Shown in pieces: positions 1-10,439 of a DNA stretch of 64,000 bases. The notes under the pieces are model-generated. The model was not told the origin of the DNA and did no database searches. It saw only the letters and a list, made by a program, of their open reading frames with translations. Every line of letters begins with the position of its first letter. Position 1 is the first letter of the stretch. Made by a program: the position numbers and the translations under genes. The DNA lies in the NCBI GenBank assembly GCA_903927755.1, contig CAIYOD010000139.1, forward strand, positions 185 through 64,184. The letters run 5' to 3'. This DNA comes from an uncultured Thermoleophilia bacterium. Lineage in GTDB: Bacteria; Actinomycetota; Thermoleophilia; UBA2241.

Positions 1-1694
1 ACCTGGGCGGTGATCCCTTTCGTGTAGGTGATGACGTTGTCGGTCACCTGGATCCCCGAGCCGGAGATGAAGAATGCCTGCTGTACCGAGTACCCCACAC
101 CGTTGTCGACGTCGAGATCGAACGTGTTGTCGGTGATGATCGTGCCGGGGCCGGTCTCATGCACGTGGGCGAAGTTGATGGTCTGCGCATAGCCGTGCCA
201 GATGGTGTTGTTGCGGATGACGACGCCGGTCGGACACTCGAGGCAGATGGCGTAGCCCCACGTCGTCCCGGTCTTGCCGCCGCCCTTCAGCAGGCAGTCC
301 TCGATGAGCACGCCGTTGGCGCGACCGTCGGCCGCGTCGGCCAGGTCGATGCAGTGGATGTCCATCGCTTCGAAGGTGCAGCCGCGGATGGTGATGTCCT
401 GCCAGCCGAGGCCGCTGCCGCCTTCGGACTTCTGCACCGTGTAGCACTCGAGGCCCATGCGGGGGGAGCCGGTGGCGATCCCGTTCGAGACACCCACGTG
501 ACAGCCGTCGAGTGTGACGCCGGTGACCTGAGCGTTGGTCGTGTTGAAGACGCCCATGTCGTTGTAGTCGTTGGAGTAGCTCGCGTCCTCGGTGCCCATA
601 TTGCGCTCGATCTCACAGTCCTTGAAGAGCACGTCGGTGACGTTGGCGCGGAAACCGAGACCGACGACCTGATGGCCCATCCAGGCGCCGCCACCGCCGC
701 GGAAATGGCAGCGCACGAAGCTCGAGTTGGCGGACGTACCGTAGTCGGTGGCGCGGAACATCTTGCCGGTGTCGCCGATCTTGAGGTCGCTCATGTACAC
801 GTTGCTGCCGAACGTGATCTCACCCTTGAGCCAGCTGGTCGTCATCCCGGCACCGCCCACGATCGCGTTGCTCGGGACGTCGATCCGGCTGGCAAGCACG
901 TAGGTGCCGGCGGGGAAGGAGAGGGTCTTGCCGGTGCCGGCGACGGCGGCGAGGGCGATGCGCACCGCGCCGCTGTCGTCGATCGAGTCCGAACCGTTGG
1001 CGCCGTACTGCGTCACCGGGACGCTCGTGGCGAGGGCAGTCGGGGTGGGGGTCGGGGTCGGTGTGGCAGTGGCCGTCGGCGTCGGCGCAGGGGTCGCCGT
1101 GGCTGTGGGCGCGGGTGTCGGCGTCGCCGTGGCTGTCGGCGCGGGTGTCGGCGTCGCCGTGACCGTCGGCGTCGGCGTCGGTGTCGGTGTCGGTGTCGCA
1201 GTGGGCGTCGGTGTCACAGTCGGGGCGGGAGCCGGAGTCGCGGCGGCGTACAGCTTCCACTCCTTGACACCGGCGCTGCCAGACGAAAGCGAGCCCACAC
1301 GAATGCGCACGTAGCGCCAACTGCCGCCGATGACCGTGTGCGTCGACTTCAGGAGATTCTTGTCCTGGTTGGCCAGCTCAGTCCAGACCGTCGCGTCGTT
1401 GCTCCCGTACACACGGAAGCCGACGGTGCCACGGACGTTCCAGGAGACGTCTGTCGCGGTCAGGATCTTCGCGGACCCGAGGTCGAGGGTGATGATCTGC
1501 GGGACGGCCTTGCTGGATGCCGCCCAGTAGGTCGTCGTCTTGCCGTCGTTCATGTACGAGGCGGGATGGCTCCAGGCCGATGTCCCGGCCGACGCCTTTC
1601 CCGAGACGAGCGTGTCCGCCGCCAGTGCGGTGGACGTTGTGAGGAGGCTCACGGCACAGACGGCCGCTGCCAGGATCAGGAGAACACGATACAT
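1..1694 (-). CDS. Secreted carbohydrate-active protein with signal peptide, F5/8 type C (discoidin/CBM32-like) domain, Pro/Thr linker and right-handed beta-helix domain. The C-terminus runs off the window start.
   Basis: Absent from the supplied ORF track because it is open at the window edge. Hand translation of the minus strand from the ATG at 1694-1692 (GGAAGGA-like SD a few nt upstream) gives [28 protein letters not shown].... This is followed by a discoidin-like stretch ([33 protein letters not shown]...[16 protein letters not shown]), a TPTPTATP linker and a beta-helix region colinear with the 1930..3969 protein. Shared runs include [33 protein letters not shown] and [10 protein letters not shown]. 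Confidence 0.85.
   Translation of the reverse strand, partial: MYRVLLILAAAVCAVSLLTTSTALAADTLVSGKASAGTSAWSHPASYMNDGKTTTYWAASSKAVPQIITLDLGSAKILTATDVSWNVRGTVGFRVYGSNDATVWTELANQDKNLLKSTHTVIGGSWRYVRIRVGSLSSGSAGVKEWKLYAAATPAPAPTVTPTPTATPTPTPTPTPTVTATPTPAPTATATPTPAPTATATPAPTPTATATPTPTPTPTALATSVPVTQYGANGSDSIDDSGAVRIALAAVAGTGKTLSFPAGTYVLASRIDVPSNAIVGGAGMTTSWLKGEITFGSNVYMSDLKIGDTGKMFRATDYGTSANSSFVRCHFRGGGGAWMGHQVVGLGFRANVTDVLFKDCEIERNMGTEDASYSNDYNDMGVFNTTNAQVTGVTLDGCHVGVSNGIATGSPRMGLECYTVQKSEGGSGLGWQDITIRGCTFEAMDIHCIDLADAADGRANGVLIEDCLLKGGGKTGTTWGYAICLECPTGVVIRNNTIWHGYAQTINFAHVHETGPGTIITDNTFDLDVDNGVGYSVQQAFFISGSGIQVTDNVITYTKGITAQ
1030..1245. repeat. Imperfect tandem DNA repeats encoding the Pro/Thr/Ala linker of the 1..1694 protein
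   Basis: Reiterated gtcggcgtcgccgtggctgt(c/g)ggcgcgggt-type units, read on the plus strand. They translate on the minus strand to [59 protein letters not shown]. Confidence 0.8.
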
Positions 1695-1870
1695 CGCCAG
1701 GTCCTTCCGGAGGGGAGAGCTTTGCGGGGGCTCTCCGGTTCAAACCTTCACAACTGGCATCGGAAGAGCCGGGGATCCGTACAGGAGGCGGCTTGCTCGT
1801 TCTCGCTGGGCGGAATACCCAGATTAGCTGGGTACATCGGGGCGGCCTCCGAACAGACGCCGGCGCGACC

Positions 1871-1894
1871 GCCTCATCACTGGTGCGATGAGGC
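1871..1894 (-). terminator. Candidate stem-loop terminator downstream of the 1930..3969 gene
   Basis: Perfect 8-bp inverted repeat gcctcatc / gatgaggc with an 8-nt loop, about 35-60 nt past the stop codon on the minus strand. No U-tract follows, so function is uncertain. Confidence 0.3.
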
Positions 1895-1929
1895 CGCCGC
1901 GCCGGTCCACAGCCTGCTGGCGCCGACGG

Positions 1930-3969
1930 CTACTTCAGCACGTTCGGCGTATACACGTTGTTCGTGTTGGTGTTGTACAGCACCGAGAACGCCTTCGTGC
2001 CCTTGGTGATCGTGTTGCCGGTGACGGTGCAGTTGCTCGAAGTGTTGAACTGGAAGACCTGGGCAGCCGGACCCTTGGTGAAGTTGATCGTGTTGTTGGT
2101 CACCTGGATGCCGTCGCCGGAGATATGGAAGGCCTGGTAGACGGTGTAGGGGATGCCGTTGTCCACGTCGAGATCGAAGGTATTGCCGGTGATGATCGTG
2201 CCGGGGCCGGTCTCGTGTATGTGGGCGAACATGATCGTCTGCTGCCAGGCGTGCCAGAACGTGTTGTTGCGGATGACGACGCCGGTAGCGCACTCGACGT
2301 CGATGTCGGAGCCGTACATCACTTGACGGGCGCCGGCGCCTTTGATCAGGCAGCCCTCGATGAGCGCGCCGTTGGCGCGGCCGTCGACGGCATCGGCGAG
2401 ATCGATGCCATGCAGGTCGCAGACTTCGAAGATGCAGTCACGGACGGTGACGTTCTGCCAGCCCTTGCCGCTGCCGCCTTCGGACTTCTGCACGGTGTAG
2501 CACTCAAGGCCCATGCGCGGGCAACCGCTCCTGACGCCGTTGAAGACGCCGACGTGACAGCCTTCGAAGGTGACGCCGGTGACCTGGGCGTTCGTGGTGT
2601 TGTAGATGCCGAGGTTGTTGTAGTCGTTGGTGTAGCCCGCGTCCTCAGTGCCGAGGTTGCACTCGACCTCGCAGTCCTTGAACAGGACGTTGGTGACGTT
2701 GGCACGGAAGCCAAGGCCGATGACCTGGTGGCCCATCCAGGCTCCGCCGCCGCCGCGGAAATGGCAGCGCTCGAACGTGGAGTCGCTCGACGTTCCGTAG
2801 TCGGTGGCGCGGAACATCCTGCCTGCGTCGCCGATCTTCAGGTCACGCATCACGACGCTGCTGCCGAAGGTGACCTCGCCCTTCAGCCAACTCTGGGCCA
2901 TGCCGGCGCCGACGAGGGTGCTGTTGCTCGGCACGTCGATCCTGCCGGAGAGCACATACGTGCCGGCGGGGAAGGAGACGATCTTGCCCGTGCCGTCGTT
3001 CGCGGCAAGGGCGGCCTTCACGGCGCTCGTGTCGTCCAGGTTGTCCGAGCCGTTGGCGCCGTACTGCGTCACCGGGACGCTCGTGGCCGTGGCGGTCGGA
3101 GTGGGCGTCGGAGTCGGCGTGGCCGACGCGGTGGCGGTCGGAGTCGGCGTCGGAGTCGGCGTGGCCGACGCGGTGGCGGTCGGAGTCGGCGTCGGAGTCG
3201 GCGTGGCCGACGCGGTGGCGGTCGGAGTCGGCGTGGCCGACGCCGTGGCGGTCGGAGTGGGCACAGGAGTCGGCGTGGCCGACGCCGTGGCGGTCGGAGT
3301 GGGCGCAGGAGTCGGCGTGGCCGACGGGGTCGGGGTGACGGTCGGCGTGGGCGCAGGCGCAGGCGTCTCGGCCAAGGTCACGCTGAGAAGCCCGTCGGAG
3401 GAGTCCTCCGAGATCGTCTGGCCGTCAGAGTTGCAGTAGCGGACCCAGACGCGGTAGCCGCCCGCAGGCTGCGTGACGGTCCACGGCGCGCTGTACGAGG
3501 TCCATCCGCGGTGGGCCGACACGCCTTGCGGCGCCGTAAGCGCGGTCGCGGCGCCTGTGACGGCATCCTTGAGGATGACCTGAAAGTACCCTCGGGACAC
3601 GCTCGAGGACACCTTCCACATGACGCGGGTCACCGCTCCTGCCGTCACGGTCCCGCCGTTGGGGGACGTGACGGTCGGCCTGCACACCGACGCCTTGATG
3701 GCAGTCTGGAGGACGAGATACTTGTTCGTCCTCCTGACCACGGTGCAGCGGCCGAGGCGCTTCAAGCGGATCTTGTGCGCCCCGTGCCGGATGAGGAATC
3801 GGTGCGCGTGGCCCTTCACTACGTCGAACCGATCGGTGTGCTTGACCACGCTGAAGCGAAGAGCGACCGATGACTGGTCTTGGGCGGCGGCGCTCGACGC
3901 AAGGGCAAGACTGAGAGTGAAGAAGACGGCGATGGCGACTGCGAGGGCTGCGCGGCTCTTCCCTGACAC
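1930..3969 (-). CDS. Secreted beta-helix (pectate-lyase-fold) protein, paralogue of the 1..1694 gene. It has a signal peptide, a different beta-sandwich-like N-terminal domain, a long Pro/Thr/Ala repeat linker and a right-handed beta-helix domain.
   Basis: 679-aa ORF with a GTG start at 3969 and GGGGAG 5 nt upstream. N-terminus [29 protein letters not shown] looks like a signal peptide. The linker is ([12 protein letters not shown])n. The C-terminal region is rich in N/G/T-x-V/I-type beta-helix rungs and is colinear with the neighbouring paralogue. Confidence 0.9.
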   Translation of the reverse strand: MSGKSRAALAVAIAVFFTLSLALASSAAAQDQSSVALRFSVVKHTDRFDVVKGHAHRFLIRHGAHKIRLKRLGRCTVVRRTNKYLVLQTAIKASVCRPTVTSPNGGTVTAGAVTRVMWKVSSSVSRGYFQVILKDAVTGAATALTAPQGVSAHRGWTSYSAPWTVTQPAGGYRVWVRYCNSDGQTISEDSSDGLLSVTLAETPAPAPTPTVTPTPSATPTPAPTPTATASATPTPVPTPTATASATPTPTATASATPTPTPTPTATASATPTPTPTPTATASATPTPTPTPTATATSVPVTQYGANGSDNLDDTSAVKAALAANDGTGKIVSFPAGTYVLSGRIDVPSNSTLVGAGMAQSWLKGEVTFGSSVVMRDLKIGDAGRMFRATDYGTSSDSTFERCHFRGGGGAWMGHQVIGLGFRANVTNVLFKDCEVECNLGTEDAGYTNDYNNLGIYNTTNAQVTGVTFEGCHVGVFNGVRSGCPRMGLECYTVQKSEGGSGKGWQNVTVRDCIFEVCDLHGIDLADAVDGRANGALIEGCLIKGAGARQVMYGSDIDVECATGVVIRNNTFWHAWQQTIMFAHIHETGPGTIITGNTFDLDVDNGIPYTVYQAFHISGDGIQVTNNTINFTKGPAAQVFQFNTSSNCTVTGNTITKGTKAFSVLYNTNTNNVYTPNVLK
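3085..3365. repeat. Near-perfect tandem repeats (about 42-bp and shorter units) encoding the PT/ATAS linker of the 1930..3969 protein
   Basis: The unit ggccgacgcggtggcggtcggagtcggcgtcggagtcggcgt recurs head-to-tail at least three times, then as shortened or variant copies. The protein reads ...[40 protein letters not shown].... Confidence 0.9.
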
Positions 3970-4301
3970 CTTGACTCCCCTGGGTCATGGAGTGAGCGAG
4001 CCGCATCGGCAACTCGGGTGGTGTGTCGCACCTGCGCGACTCGCTCGACTTCCGTGTACAGATCCGGTACCGAGGGTCTCGGCACTCACTGCATGAAGTC
4101 GGTCCGTCAGGGGCTTACTTGAGTGCTGCAGCGATGTCCGCGTAGCCGGTCCGGACAACGCCGGGGCAGGCTCGGCATGCAGTACATCCGTCTAGAAGGC
4201 GGGGACGAGCGGGGGCTGGTGCAGGTGGGAGTGGGGCAGCGCCTGGAGCGCGGCCCGAGGTCACGGCGCGCGGCCGGCCGGGACCGCGCGCAGGAGGCGC
4301 T

Positions 4302-5963
4302 CTAGCTGTTGCGGACGCTCGTGCCGCTCGCGGGACGCGTGAGCGCCTTGGGCGACCCGCGCCCATCGCCGCTCGCCTCGTAGGAGTAGGCGTAGTGATC
4401 GCCTTGCCGCCGGGCGCTCGGGCTCAGCACGACGAGCCCCAGCTTGCGGCAGGGCATCTGGGCGATCTGCGACTCCGCCTCCACGAGCAGTGGCCGCCGT
4501 GCCTGCGAGAGATCGACGAGGAACATGAGGCCGTCCACGCAACGGGCGATGGCGCTGGTATCGCCGACGGCCAGGAGCGCCGGCGCGTCGATGATCACCA
4601 GGTCGAACCGCTCCTGGAGCTCCGCGACGACGCGGGCGAAGCTCTTGGAGGCGATCATCTCCGCCGGGTTCGGCGGCAGCGGCCCGCTGGTGAGGACGGC
4701 CAGCTGGTTCTCCGCCTGGTCGGCATCGTTCTGCCGCCTGACGGCCGGCCCTGTCGTGAGGACCGGCGCGAAGGCCCTGTAGGTGATCGCGCCGGCGAGT
4801 TCCGTCTTGCCGCTGAGCACGGAGGTGAGGCCCTGCCCGTTTTGCAGCTCCAGGTATCGATGCACCTGCGGCCTGCGGAGATCGCCGTCCACCAGGATCA
4901 CGCGGTTGCCCGAGGCGGCGAGCGAGAGCGCCAGATTGCACACGGTCACGCTCTTGCCCTCGTGCTGCAGCGTGCTGGTGATGAACAGCGACCTGAGGTC
5001 CCCATCGACGTTGGCGAACTCGAGGTTGCTGCGCAGTTTGCGGATCGACTCCGCCGTCTGACTGCGCGAGTCCGTGAGCAGGACCAGCGGGTGCTTGGCG
5101 ACCTGCTGCGGCGACATCTTACGGACGCGAGCGAGCAGGGGAATGTCGAAGAGGCTGACCACCTCGTCCACCGACCGAACCCGCGTGTCGAACTGCTCGA
5201 CCAGCAGGGCGATGGCGATCCCGATGATCAGGCCGGCGATGATCCCCATAGCTCCGTTGCGGATCGGCTTGGGCGTGAATGGACTCGTGGGGACGCTCGC
5301 GGGGATGAGCACACGGAAGTTCCCCGTGACGGTCGCCTGGAGGATCTGAAGGTCCTGGAGGCGCTGCTGAAGCGTCAGGTACTCCGCCGTCTGACGACCG
5401 GAAGAGCCGAACGCGTCGATACGGGCCTGGATGACGTCCTCGGCCTTGCGCACGCGCTCCTGCGCCTGAGTCTTGCGGAAGGCGACGAAGGCGGTCGCAT
5501 AAGCGTTGGCGGCCCGCGCCGCGGTCTGCGCGTCCGGACTCACCGCCTCGATCGCCACGGTGCTGCTGCTCACCGAGCCGGAACTTGACGACGACGCCAC
5601 CGAGCTGACCGAGAAGCCGGCGGACTGGTCCGAGGCCGAGAGGTCCTCGTAGGCGGCCTTGATGAGCTCGGGACTGGCGATCACGCTCGCGACGTTCGCG
5701 ATCTCGAGCGCCTGCGTGCCCGCGTCGATGCTGCTGGAGGACGCCAGCGGGTCGGCAACGTTGATGGAGCCTTCGTAGATGAGCTGCGCGGACGCCGAGT
5801 AGAGCGGAGTCTTGAGGAAGGAGTACGCAAGTGCCGCCGCCGTCAGGAGGACGACGCAAGCTATGACGATCCCCTTGCGTCGCCACACCCCGCGCGCATA
5901 GTCGCGCAGCGTCGGGTCCTCACGCGTACGATCCACTTCGCCCCTTCCCTGGATGGCCCTCAA
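4302..5963 (-). CDS. Polysaccharide co-polymerase / tyrosine autokinase (Wzz-type chain-length domain fused to a BY-kinase, Wzc-like)
   Basis: 553-aa ORF with TM segments IVIACVVLLTAAALAYSF and MGIIAGLIIGIAIALLV flanking a coiled periplasmic-type region. The C-terminal P-loop has Walker A STLQHEGKSV, Walker A' VILVDGDLRRP and Walker B DLVIIDAPALL. A terminal Tyr cluster HYAYSYE is present. Confidence 0.9.
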   Translation of the reverse strand: MRAIQGRGEVDRTREDPTLRDYARGVWRRKGIVIACVVLLTAAALAYSFLKTPLYSASAQLIYEGSINVADPLASSSSIDAGTQALEIANVASVIASPELIKAAYEDLSASDQSAGFSVSSVASSSSSGSVSSSTVAIEAVSPDAQTAARAANAYATAFVAFRKTQAQERVRKAEDVIQARIDAFGSSGRQTAEYLTLQQRLQDLQILQATVTGNFRVLIPASVPTSPFTPKPIRNGAMGIIAGLIIGIAIALLVEQFDTRVRSVDEVVSLFDIPLLARVRKMSPQQVAKHPLVLLTDSRSQTAESIRKLRSNLEFANVDGDLRSLFITSTLQHEGKSVTVCNLALSLAASGNRVILVDGDLRRPQVHRYLELQNGQGLTSVLSGKTELAGAITYRAFAPVLTTGPAVRRQNDADQAENQLAVLTSGPLPPNPAEMIASKSFARVVAELQERFDLVIIDAPALLAVGDTSAIARCVDGLMFLVDLSQARRPLLVEAESQIAQMPCRKLGLVVLSPSARRQGDHYAYSYEASGDGRGSPKALTRPASGTSVRNS

Positions 5964-6024
5964 TGCTACGGTAGTCGTGCCCGCCCTTCAATTCGCCAGC
6001 GGTCCACAGGTTCCGCCCCACAGT

Positions 6025-7245
6025 TCAGGATGGGTGTCTCCCGGCCGGCCGGACATCAAGGTCGGCAACGAACGCCGAGACCTGTAGCCCTATCGTGCGG
6101 TAGTCGAACCGTTTCTCCGCCACTTCCCTGCCCCGCCGGCCGACGGCCTCGGCCTCCTCGGGGTGAGCGAGCACGTGGCGCAGCGCGTCCGCCAGCGCCC
6201 CGACGTCCCCCGGAGGGACGAGGTAGGCGTCCTCGCCGGCGCGCAGGAAGGTCTCGAGCTCTCCCGTACGCGTGAGGACGGTCGGCACGCCGGAGGCGAG
6301 GTACTCCGCAACCTTCGTCGGCATGCCGGCGTCCGCCTGCGCGCTGCGTGGCCGCGCCAATACGAGGACCGCACAGCTGTTGAGAAGCTCGGGGATCTCG
6401 GCGCGAGGCACGTTCCCCAGGAACGCGACCGTCTGGCCGATCCCGAGACTCTCGGCGATCGAACGATACTCGGGGATGCGCGTCCCCTTCCACCAGTCCC
6501 CGATCAGCCGCAGCTCCGCCCGAGGAAGGTCGGGGGCGATCCTCGCGAAGGCCTCCATCAGGCTGACGACGCCGTCCTTCTCCTGATTGAGGTAGCCACA
6601 GTAACCCACGATCCGCGAGGCCCCGGCGGTTCTCGAGGCGGGACGGAACTGCCGCACGTCGGTCATCACCGGCACCTTGAGGACGGCCACTCCCGGCCGG
6701 CCGAAGGCCTGCGCGTGCCGCCTCAGCAGGTCGGAGATCGCGACCACCCCGTCGAACCAGCGGAAGAAAAACCGGTTGTAGGCATCGCGCCGGATCGCGG
6801 CCGGCGATCCTTGCCGGGCGTCCGGGAAAGGTAGTTCGCACAACTCCGCCAGGAGAGGACGCCCACGGGTCGCCAACCGGATGACCACAGCGTCGACGGG
6901 GGACTTGGAGTAGAGCAGCACCGCGTCGAGTGATCCCTCGGCGGCGAGACGACGGAGGCGAGCGGCCGCGGCGAACAACCCCCGCGCCTTGGTCAGCCGC
7001 CGCCGCCACAGTCGTGACTGACGGACGGTCCGGCCACTCGTGTACTCGAAACGAACACCGTCCACCACTCCGCGCGTGTGCGTGTTGAGGGCAGTGGCGG
7101 GAGGGCTCGGTTCGCTCGCGTTGAGACACAGGACGAGCACCTCCCTCCCCGCGTCCCGCAGTCCTTTCGCATAGCCCATGATCCGCGCCGTCGGGGCCGT
7201 GCCATTCGGAAAGCCGATCCCGGATTCCGCAACGATGACGATCAT
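6025..7245 (-). CDS. GT-B fold glycosyltransferase (GT4-like)
   Basis: The ORF 6025..7323 probably starts at the ATG at 7245 (MIVIVAESGIGFPNGTA, GAGG upstream). The C-terminal donor-binding motif is AGMPTKVAEYLASGVPTVLTRTGE (EX7E-type). Confidence 0.85.
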   Translation of the reverse strand: MIVIVAESGIGFPNGTAPTARIMGYAKGLRDAGREVLVLCLNASEPSPPATALNTHTRGVVDGVRFEYTSGRTVRQSRLWRRRLTKARGLFAAAARLRRLAAEGSLDAVLLYSKSPVDAVVIRLATRGRPLLAELCELPFPDARQGSPAAIRRDAYNRFFFRWFDGVVAISDLLRRHAQAFGRPGVAVLKVPVMTDVRQFRPASRTAGASRIVGYCGYLNQEKDGVVSLMEAFARIAPDLPRAELRLIGDWWKGTRIPEYRSIAESLGIGQTVAFLGNVPRAEIPELLNSCAVLVLARPRSAQADAGMPTKVAEYLASGVPTVLTRTGELETFLRAGEDAYLVPPGDVGALADALRHVLAHPEEAEAVGRRGREVAEKRFDYRTIGLQVSAFVADLDVRPAGRHPS

Positions 7246-7523
7246 CGTCGGCTCGCCTCTAGCGTCCGGGGAGGAGGCTGTCGGCGCCGCTCGACCCCAT
7301 GAATCCCGCCCCGCCCGACACAAGAGCCTTCACGTGCCCCCCAGATGGTCCACCCGAGCGCTTCCGACCTCGGTTACCTTATCATCGGCCTTGCTCCCCA
7401 CCCGCCGCAGCGCGGACACCCGAGGATCGGCATCAGGAGGGCCCTGAGCGGTCAGCAACACTGCTATCTCCGTACCCAGCCTCGCAAGGACTGGGCGACC
7501 CCGGGCGCGAACCAGTGAGGCGC

Positions 7524-8963
7524 ATGCAGCGATCAACACCCCAGTCATGGACCCCGAGCGGACCGCGGTCTCAGGTCCCACGCGTCATCGATGCGTCAGC
7601 CTACCCCCGGGTCCTGCTCATCAACGCTCAGCCGATCGGCCTGCGCTTCGCCACGGGGATCACGATGGGCAATCTCTTCCGCGGGTGGCCGCCGGACCGC
7701 ATCGCCCAGCTCTTCGTGGAGGAGACGGAGCCCGACCTAAGTGTCTGCCCCATCTCGTGGTGGCTCGACGAGCTGGTCGATCTCCGGCTTCCCGGACCGC
7801 TGCGCCGACAGATCGCCGCGAGGCGGGCAGAGGCCGTGAACGTGGAGGCTCCGGGTGTCCGCGCGCCGGACGTGACGCCGAGCGCCGGTCTGAGCGCGTC
7901 GCCGACGAGGGCCGCCAAACTCGCCTACCGCCGAGCGACGCGGCTCGTTCCGTACTCCATCCCTGCGCAGATCCGGAGTGAGATCCTCTCGTTCCGCCCC
8001 CAGGCGATCTACTCGGTCCTGGAGCACCGGCGCGTCGTCCGGCTCGCGCTCGACTGCGCTCTCAGGCTCGGGGTCCCGGTGGTTCCGCACTTCATGGATG
8101 ACTGGTTGACCACGCCCTCACACCCTCCACGAGGGGTCCTGGGGCGCCGGGAGCATCGCGACCTCGTCACGACGACGATGAAGGTGCTCTCCCATGCGCC
8201 TGTGCGCATGACGATCAGCGACGACATGGCACAGGCGTACGCCATGCGCTACGGTCGCCGGTTCCTCGCCTTCGCGAACTGCGTCGACCTGGAGGAGCGC
8301 CCTCCTGTCGTCGCCGGCGCGGGCGCCGGCGCCGGCGCCGGCGGATCATTTCGCTTCGGCTTCACCGGCCGCCTGACGCTCGCGAGAGACGAGGCGTTCG
8401 GCGACGTGGTCGCGGCGCTGCAGAGCTTGCGCGACGACGGCTTCGACCCGGAGCTCGTCATCTACCAGCACGACCCGCGCGAGGCGCTGCCGGATCTCGT
8501 CCGGGAGTCGCCCCTCGTGCGGCTGGCGGACCCCGAAGAAGAGGCGCTCCTGCACACCGCCCGCGCCCGGCTGGACGCCCTGCTGCACGTCGACACCTTC
8601 GACGCGACGGCGTCGTCCTACCTGCGCCTCTCCCTGTCCGGCAAGATGCCCTGGTACCTGGCGGCCGGCCTTCCCGTGTTCGCGTATGGAGCGGCAACGC
8701 TCGGGACCATGCGCTTTCTCGAGGAGCAGGCGTGCGCCGCCGCAGTCGATCGCAGGGACCCGCGCCTGCTGAAGCTGCGTCTGGGCGAGTTCATGAGCGA
8801 CGCCGACGAGCGCCGGACCCTTGCTGCGCGGGCGCTGCAGGTGGCGCGTTCGAGGTTCGATGCGCAGGTGGTGCGGGACCACTTCCGCGCGGCGCTGCTG
8901 TCCTCCGCCGAGGGCTTCCGGCAGGACTTCCCACGCTTCGGCGGCCAGGGGACGCCGGCATGA
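7524..8963 (+). CDS. Putative glycosyltransferase (GT-B-like C-terminal half); product uncertain
   Basis: This is the long ORF 7299..8963. The N-terminal 75 codons are Pro/Arg-rich and overlap the divergent promoter region, so the ATG at 7524 (MQRSTPQSW) is preferred. The C-terminal GKMPWYLAAGLPVFAYGAATLGTMRFLEE resembles a GT1/GT4 nucleotide-sugar pocket. The stop overlaps the next start (ATGA). Confidence 0.6.
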   Translation: MQRSTPQSWTPSGPRSQVPRVIDASAYPRVLLINAQPIGLRFATGITMGNLFRGWPPDRIAQLFVEETEPDLSVCPISWWLDELVDLRLPGPLRRQIAARRAEAVNVEAPGVRAPDVTPSAGLSASPTRAAKLAYRRATRLVPYSIPAQIRSEILSFRPQAIYSVLEHRRVVRLALDCALRLGVPVVPHFMDDWLTTPSHPPRGVLGRREHRDLVTTTMKVLSHAPVRMTISDDMAQAYAMRYGRRFLAFANCVDLEERPPVVAGAGAGAGAGGSFRFGFTGRLTLARDEAFGDVVAALQSLRDDGFDPELVIYQHDPREALPDLVRESPLVRLADPEEEALLHTARARLDALLHVDTFDATASSYLRLSLSGKMPWYLAAGLPVFAYGAATLGTMRFLEEQACAAAVDRRDPRLLKLRLGEFMSDADERRTLAARALQVARSRFDAQVVRDHFRAALLSSAEGFRQDFPRFGGQGTPA

Positions 8964-10210
8964 GAATCCTCTGGTTCAGCAACCGGGCATTCTCGGACCG
9001 GGCAGCCACCGATTCCGGGACCTGGCTGTCCGCGCTCGGCGACGCTCTCGCGACCAGCGATGAAGTCGAACTGTGCAACATCACCTTTGGCGACGGGGCG
9101 CTGCCGGAGCGCCGGGATCACGGACGGATACGGCAGTGGCTGCTGCCTCGATCGGCACTCGCCGCGGAAGGCATGCCATCGGCCCACGCCTTGGCGGCGG
9201 TCACCGATGAAGTCTCCCGACTCGCACCAGACGTCGTACACGTGTGGGGCACGGAGAGCTTCTGGGGTCTGCTCACCGCGAGAGGAGCCATCCGAGGTCC
9301 TTCGCTCCTCGAGATCCAAGGCCTCAGAGAGCCTTGCATCCCCGTGTACTGGGGAGGACTGAACGCCCGGGACCGCCTGGCCTGCCTGGGGCCAAGAGAG
9401 ATCCTCCGGCCACACAACAGCATCTCCGCGGAGCGAGCCACGAACCTCCGCTGGGGTCGCAGAGAGCGCGAGATCATCGCAGGGCATCGTTTCATCGTCA
9501 CGCCATCCCCGTGGGCTGAGGACTGGGCGAGGGAGATCAACGGCAAGGCAGAGTACGCACACGCGGACCTTCCGCTCCGTCCAGCGTTCTACGCGGCGGA
9601 GCCGTGGGCCGTGTCGCCGCCCCGGCAGAACGTGTTCTGCTCGGCGGCGTATCTCGCACCGTTCAAAGGCGTGCACGACGCGATCAGGTCCTTCGCGCTG
9701 CTCAGGCGCGACCTCCCCGCCGCGAGGCTGAGGATCGCCGGAGCCGTCCCGCGCATCACCGGTCTGCGCCGCGAAGGCTACGCGGCGTGGCTGCGCAGGC
9801 TGAGCGCGCGCCTCGGAGTCGCGGACGCTGTGGACTGGCTTGGCGCCCTTCCCGGGGACGCGCTCGTCCGGGAGTTGCAGTCCTGCGGCGCCATGGTGAT
9901 GCCGAGCTACTGCGAGTCGTACTGTATGGCGCTCGCCGAGGCTCTGTACCTCGGCGTGCCGGCGGTGACGACTCGGGTCGGCGGGACGGAATGGCTCGCC
10001 GGCGCCGGACCCTCCGCGCTGTTCTTCGCGCCGGGCGATGTGGCGGAGTGCGCCGCCCAGCTTCAGCGCGTGCTCTCCGACGCGGACCTTGCCGCAGGCC
10101 TGTCGCAGACCGCCAGGTCGGCGGCCCTCGGGCGCCACGATCTCGGCCATCTGGTCGCCGATCAGCTGGCGCGGTACAGAAAGGCCTCCACGATGCCGAT
10201 GAGACAGTGA
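8960..10210 (+). CDS. GT-B fold glycosyltransferase (GT4 family)
   Basis: Starts MRILWFSNRAFSDRAATDSGTW at the ATG at 8960, overlapping the upstream stop. It carries the canonical motif MPSYCESYCMALAEALYLGVPAVTTRVGGTEWL. Confidence 0.9.
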   Translation: MRILWFSNRAFSDRAATDSGTWLSALGDALATSDEVELCNITFGDGALPERRDHGRIRQWLLPRSALAAEGMPSAHALAAVTDEVSRLAPDVVHVWGTESFWGLLTARGAIRGPSLLEIQGLREPCIPVYWGGLNARDRLACLGPREILRPHNSISAERATNLRWGRREREIIAGHRFIVTPSPWAEDWAREINGKAEYAHADLPLRPAFYAAEPWAVSPPRQNVFCSAAYLAPFKGVHDAIRSFALLRRDLPAARLRIAGAVPRITGLRREGYAAWLRRLSARLGVADAVDWLGALPGDALVRELQSCGAMVMPSYCESYCMALAEALYLGVPAVTTRVGGTEWLAGAGPSALFFAPGDVAECAAQLQRVLSDADLAAGLSQTARSAALGRHDLGHLVADQLARYRKASTMPMRQ

Positions 10211-10439
10211 CCGCACGTCCGGCATGCGATCGGGCAGCAGCCGGAGCGGGCCCGCGGTCGAACGCACATGCAGACACGCTCCAGGCCCGCCGTCAGTGGG
10301 AATACACGACACCGGACCACCGGGGCGCACGATGAGAAGAACGACCAGAGACAGCCACGGTTCGACAAGGGGCGGCGCACCCGCCATCGGCGTCCGCTTG
10401 CCCAAGGTCAGAACGCCCCTCGAGAGACCCTACTCCACC

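Noticed and set aside
1030-3365. Regularly spaced repeats, considered as a possible CRISPR array
   Set aside because: The repeats are contiguous with no unique spacers and lie inside long ORFs, where they encode Pro/Thr linkers. No cas genes are present.
159-3873. Long plus-strand ORFs (159..2009 at 616 aa and 1888..3873 at 661 aa) antisense to the beta-helix genes
   Set aside because: Their products are Arg/Gly/Asp/Ala/Val-rich low-complexity strings ([17 protein letters not shown]...), typical of antisense frames in GC-rich DNA. The minus-strand frames give coherent domain proteins with signal peptides.
8313-8342. (GCCGGC)-type hexanucleotide microsatellite inside the 7524..8963 glycosyltransferase-like gene, considered as a phase-variation switch
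   Set aside because: The unit length is a multiple of three, so slippage only changes the number of Gly-Ala dipeptides (AGAGAGAGAG) in an inter-domain linker. It cannot switch the gene on or off by frameshift.
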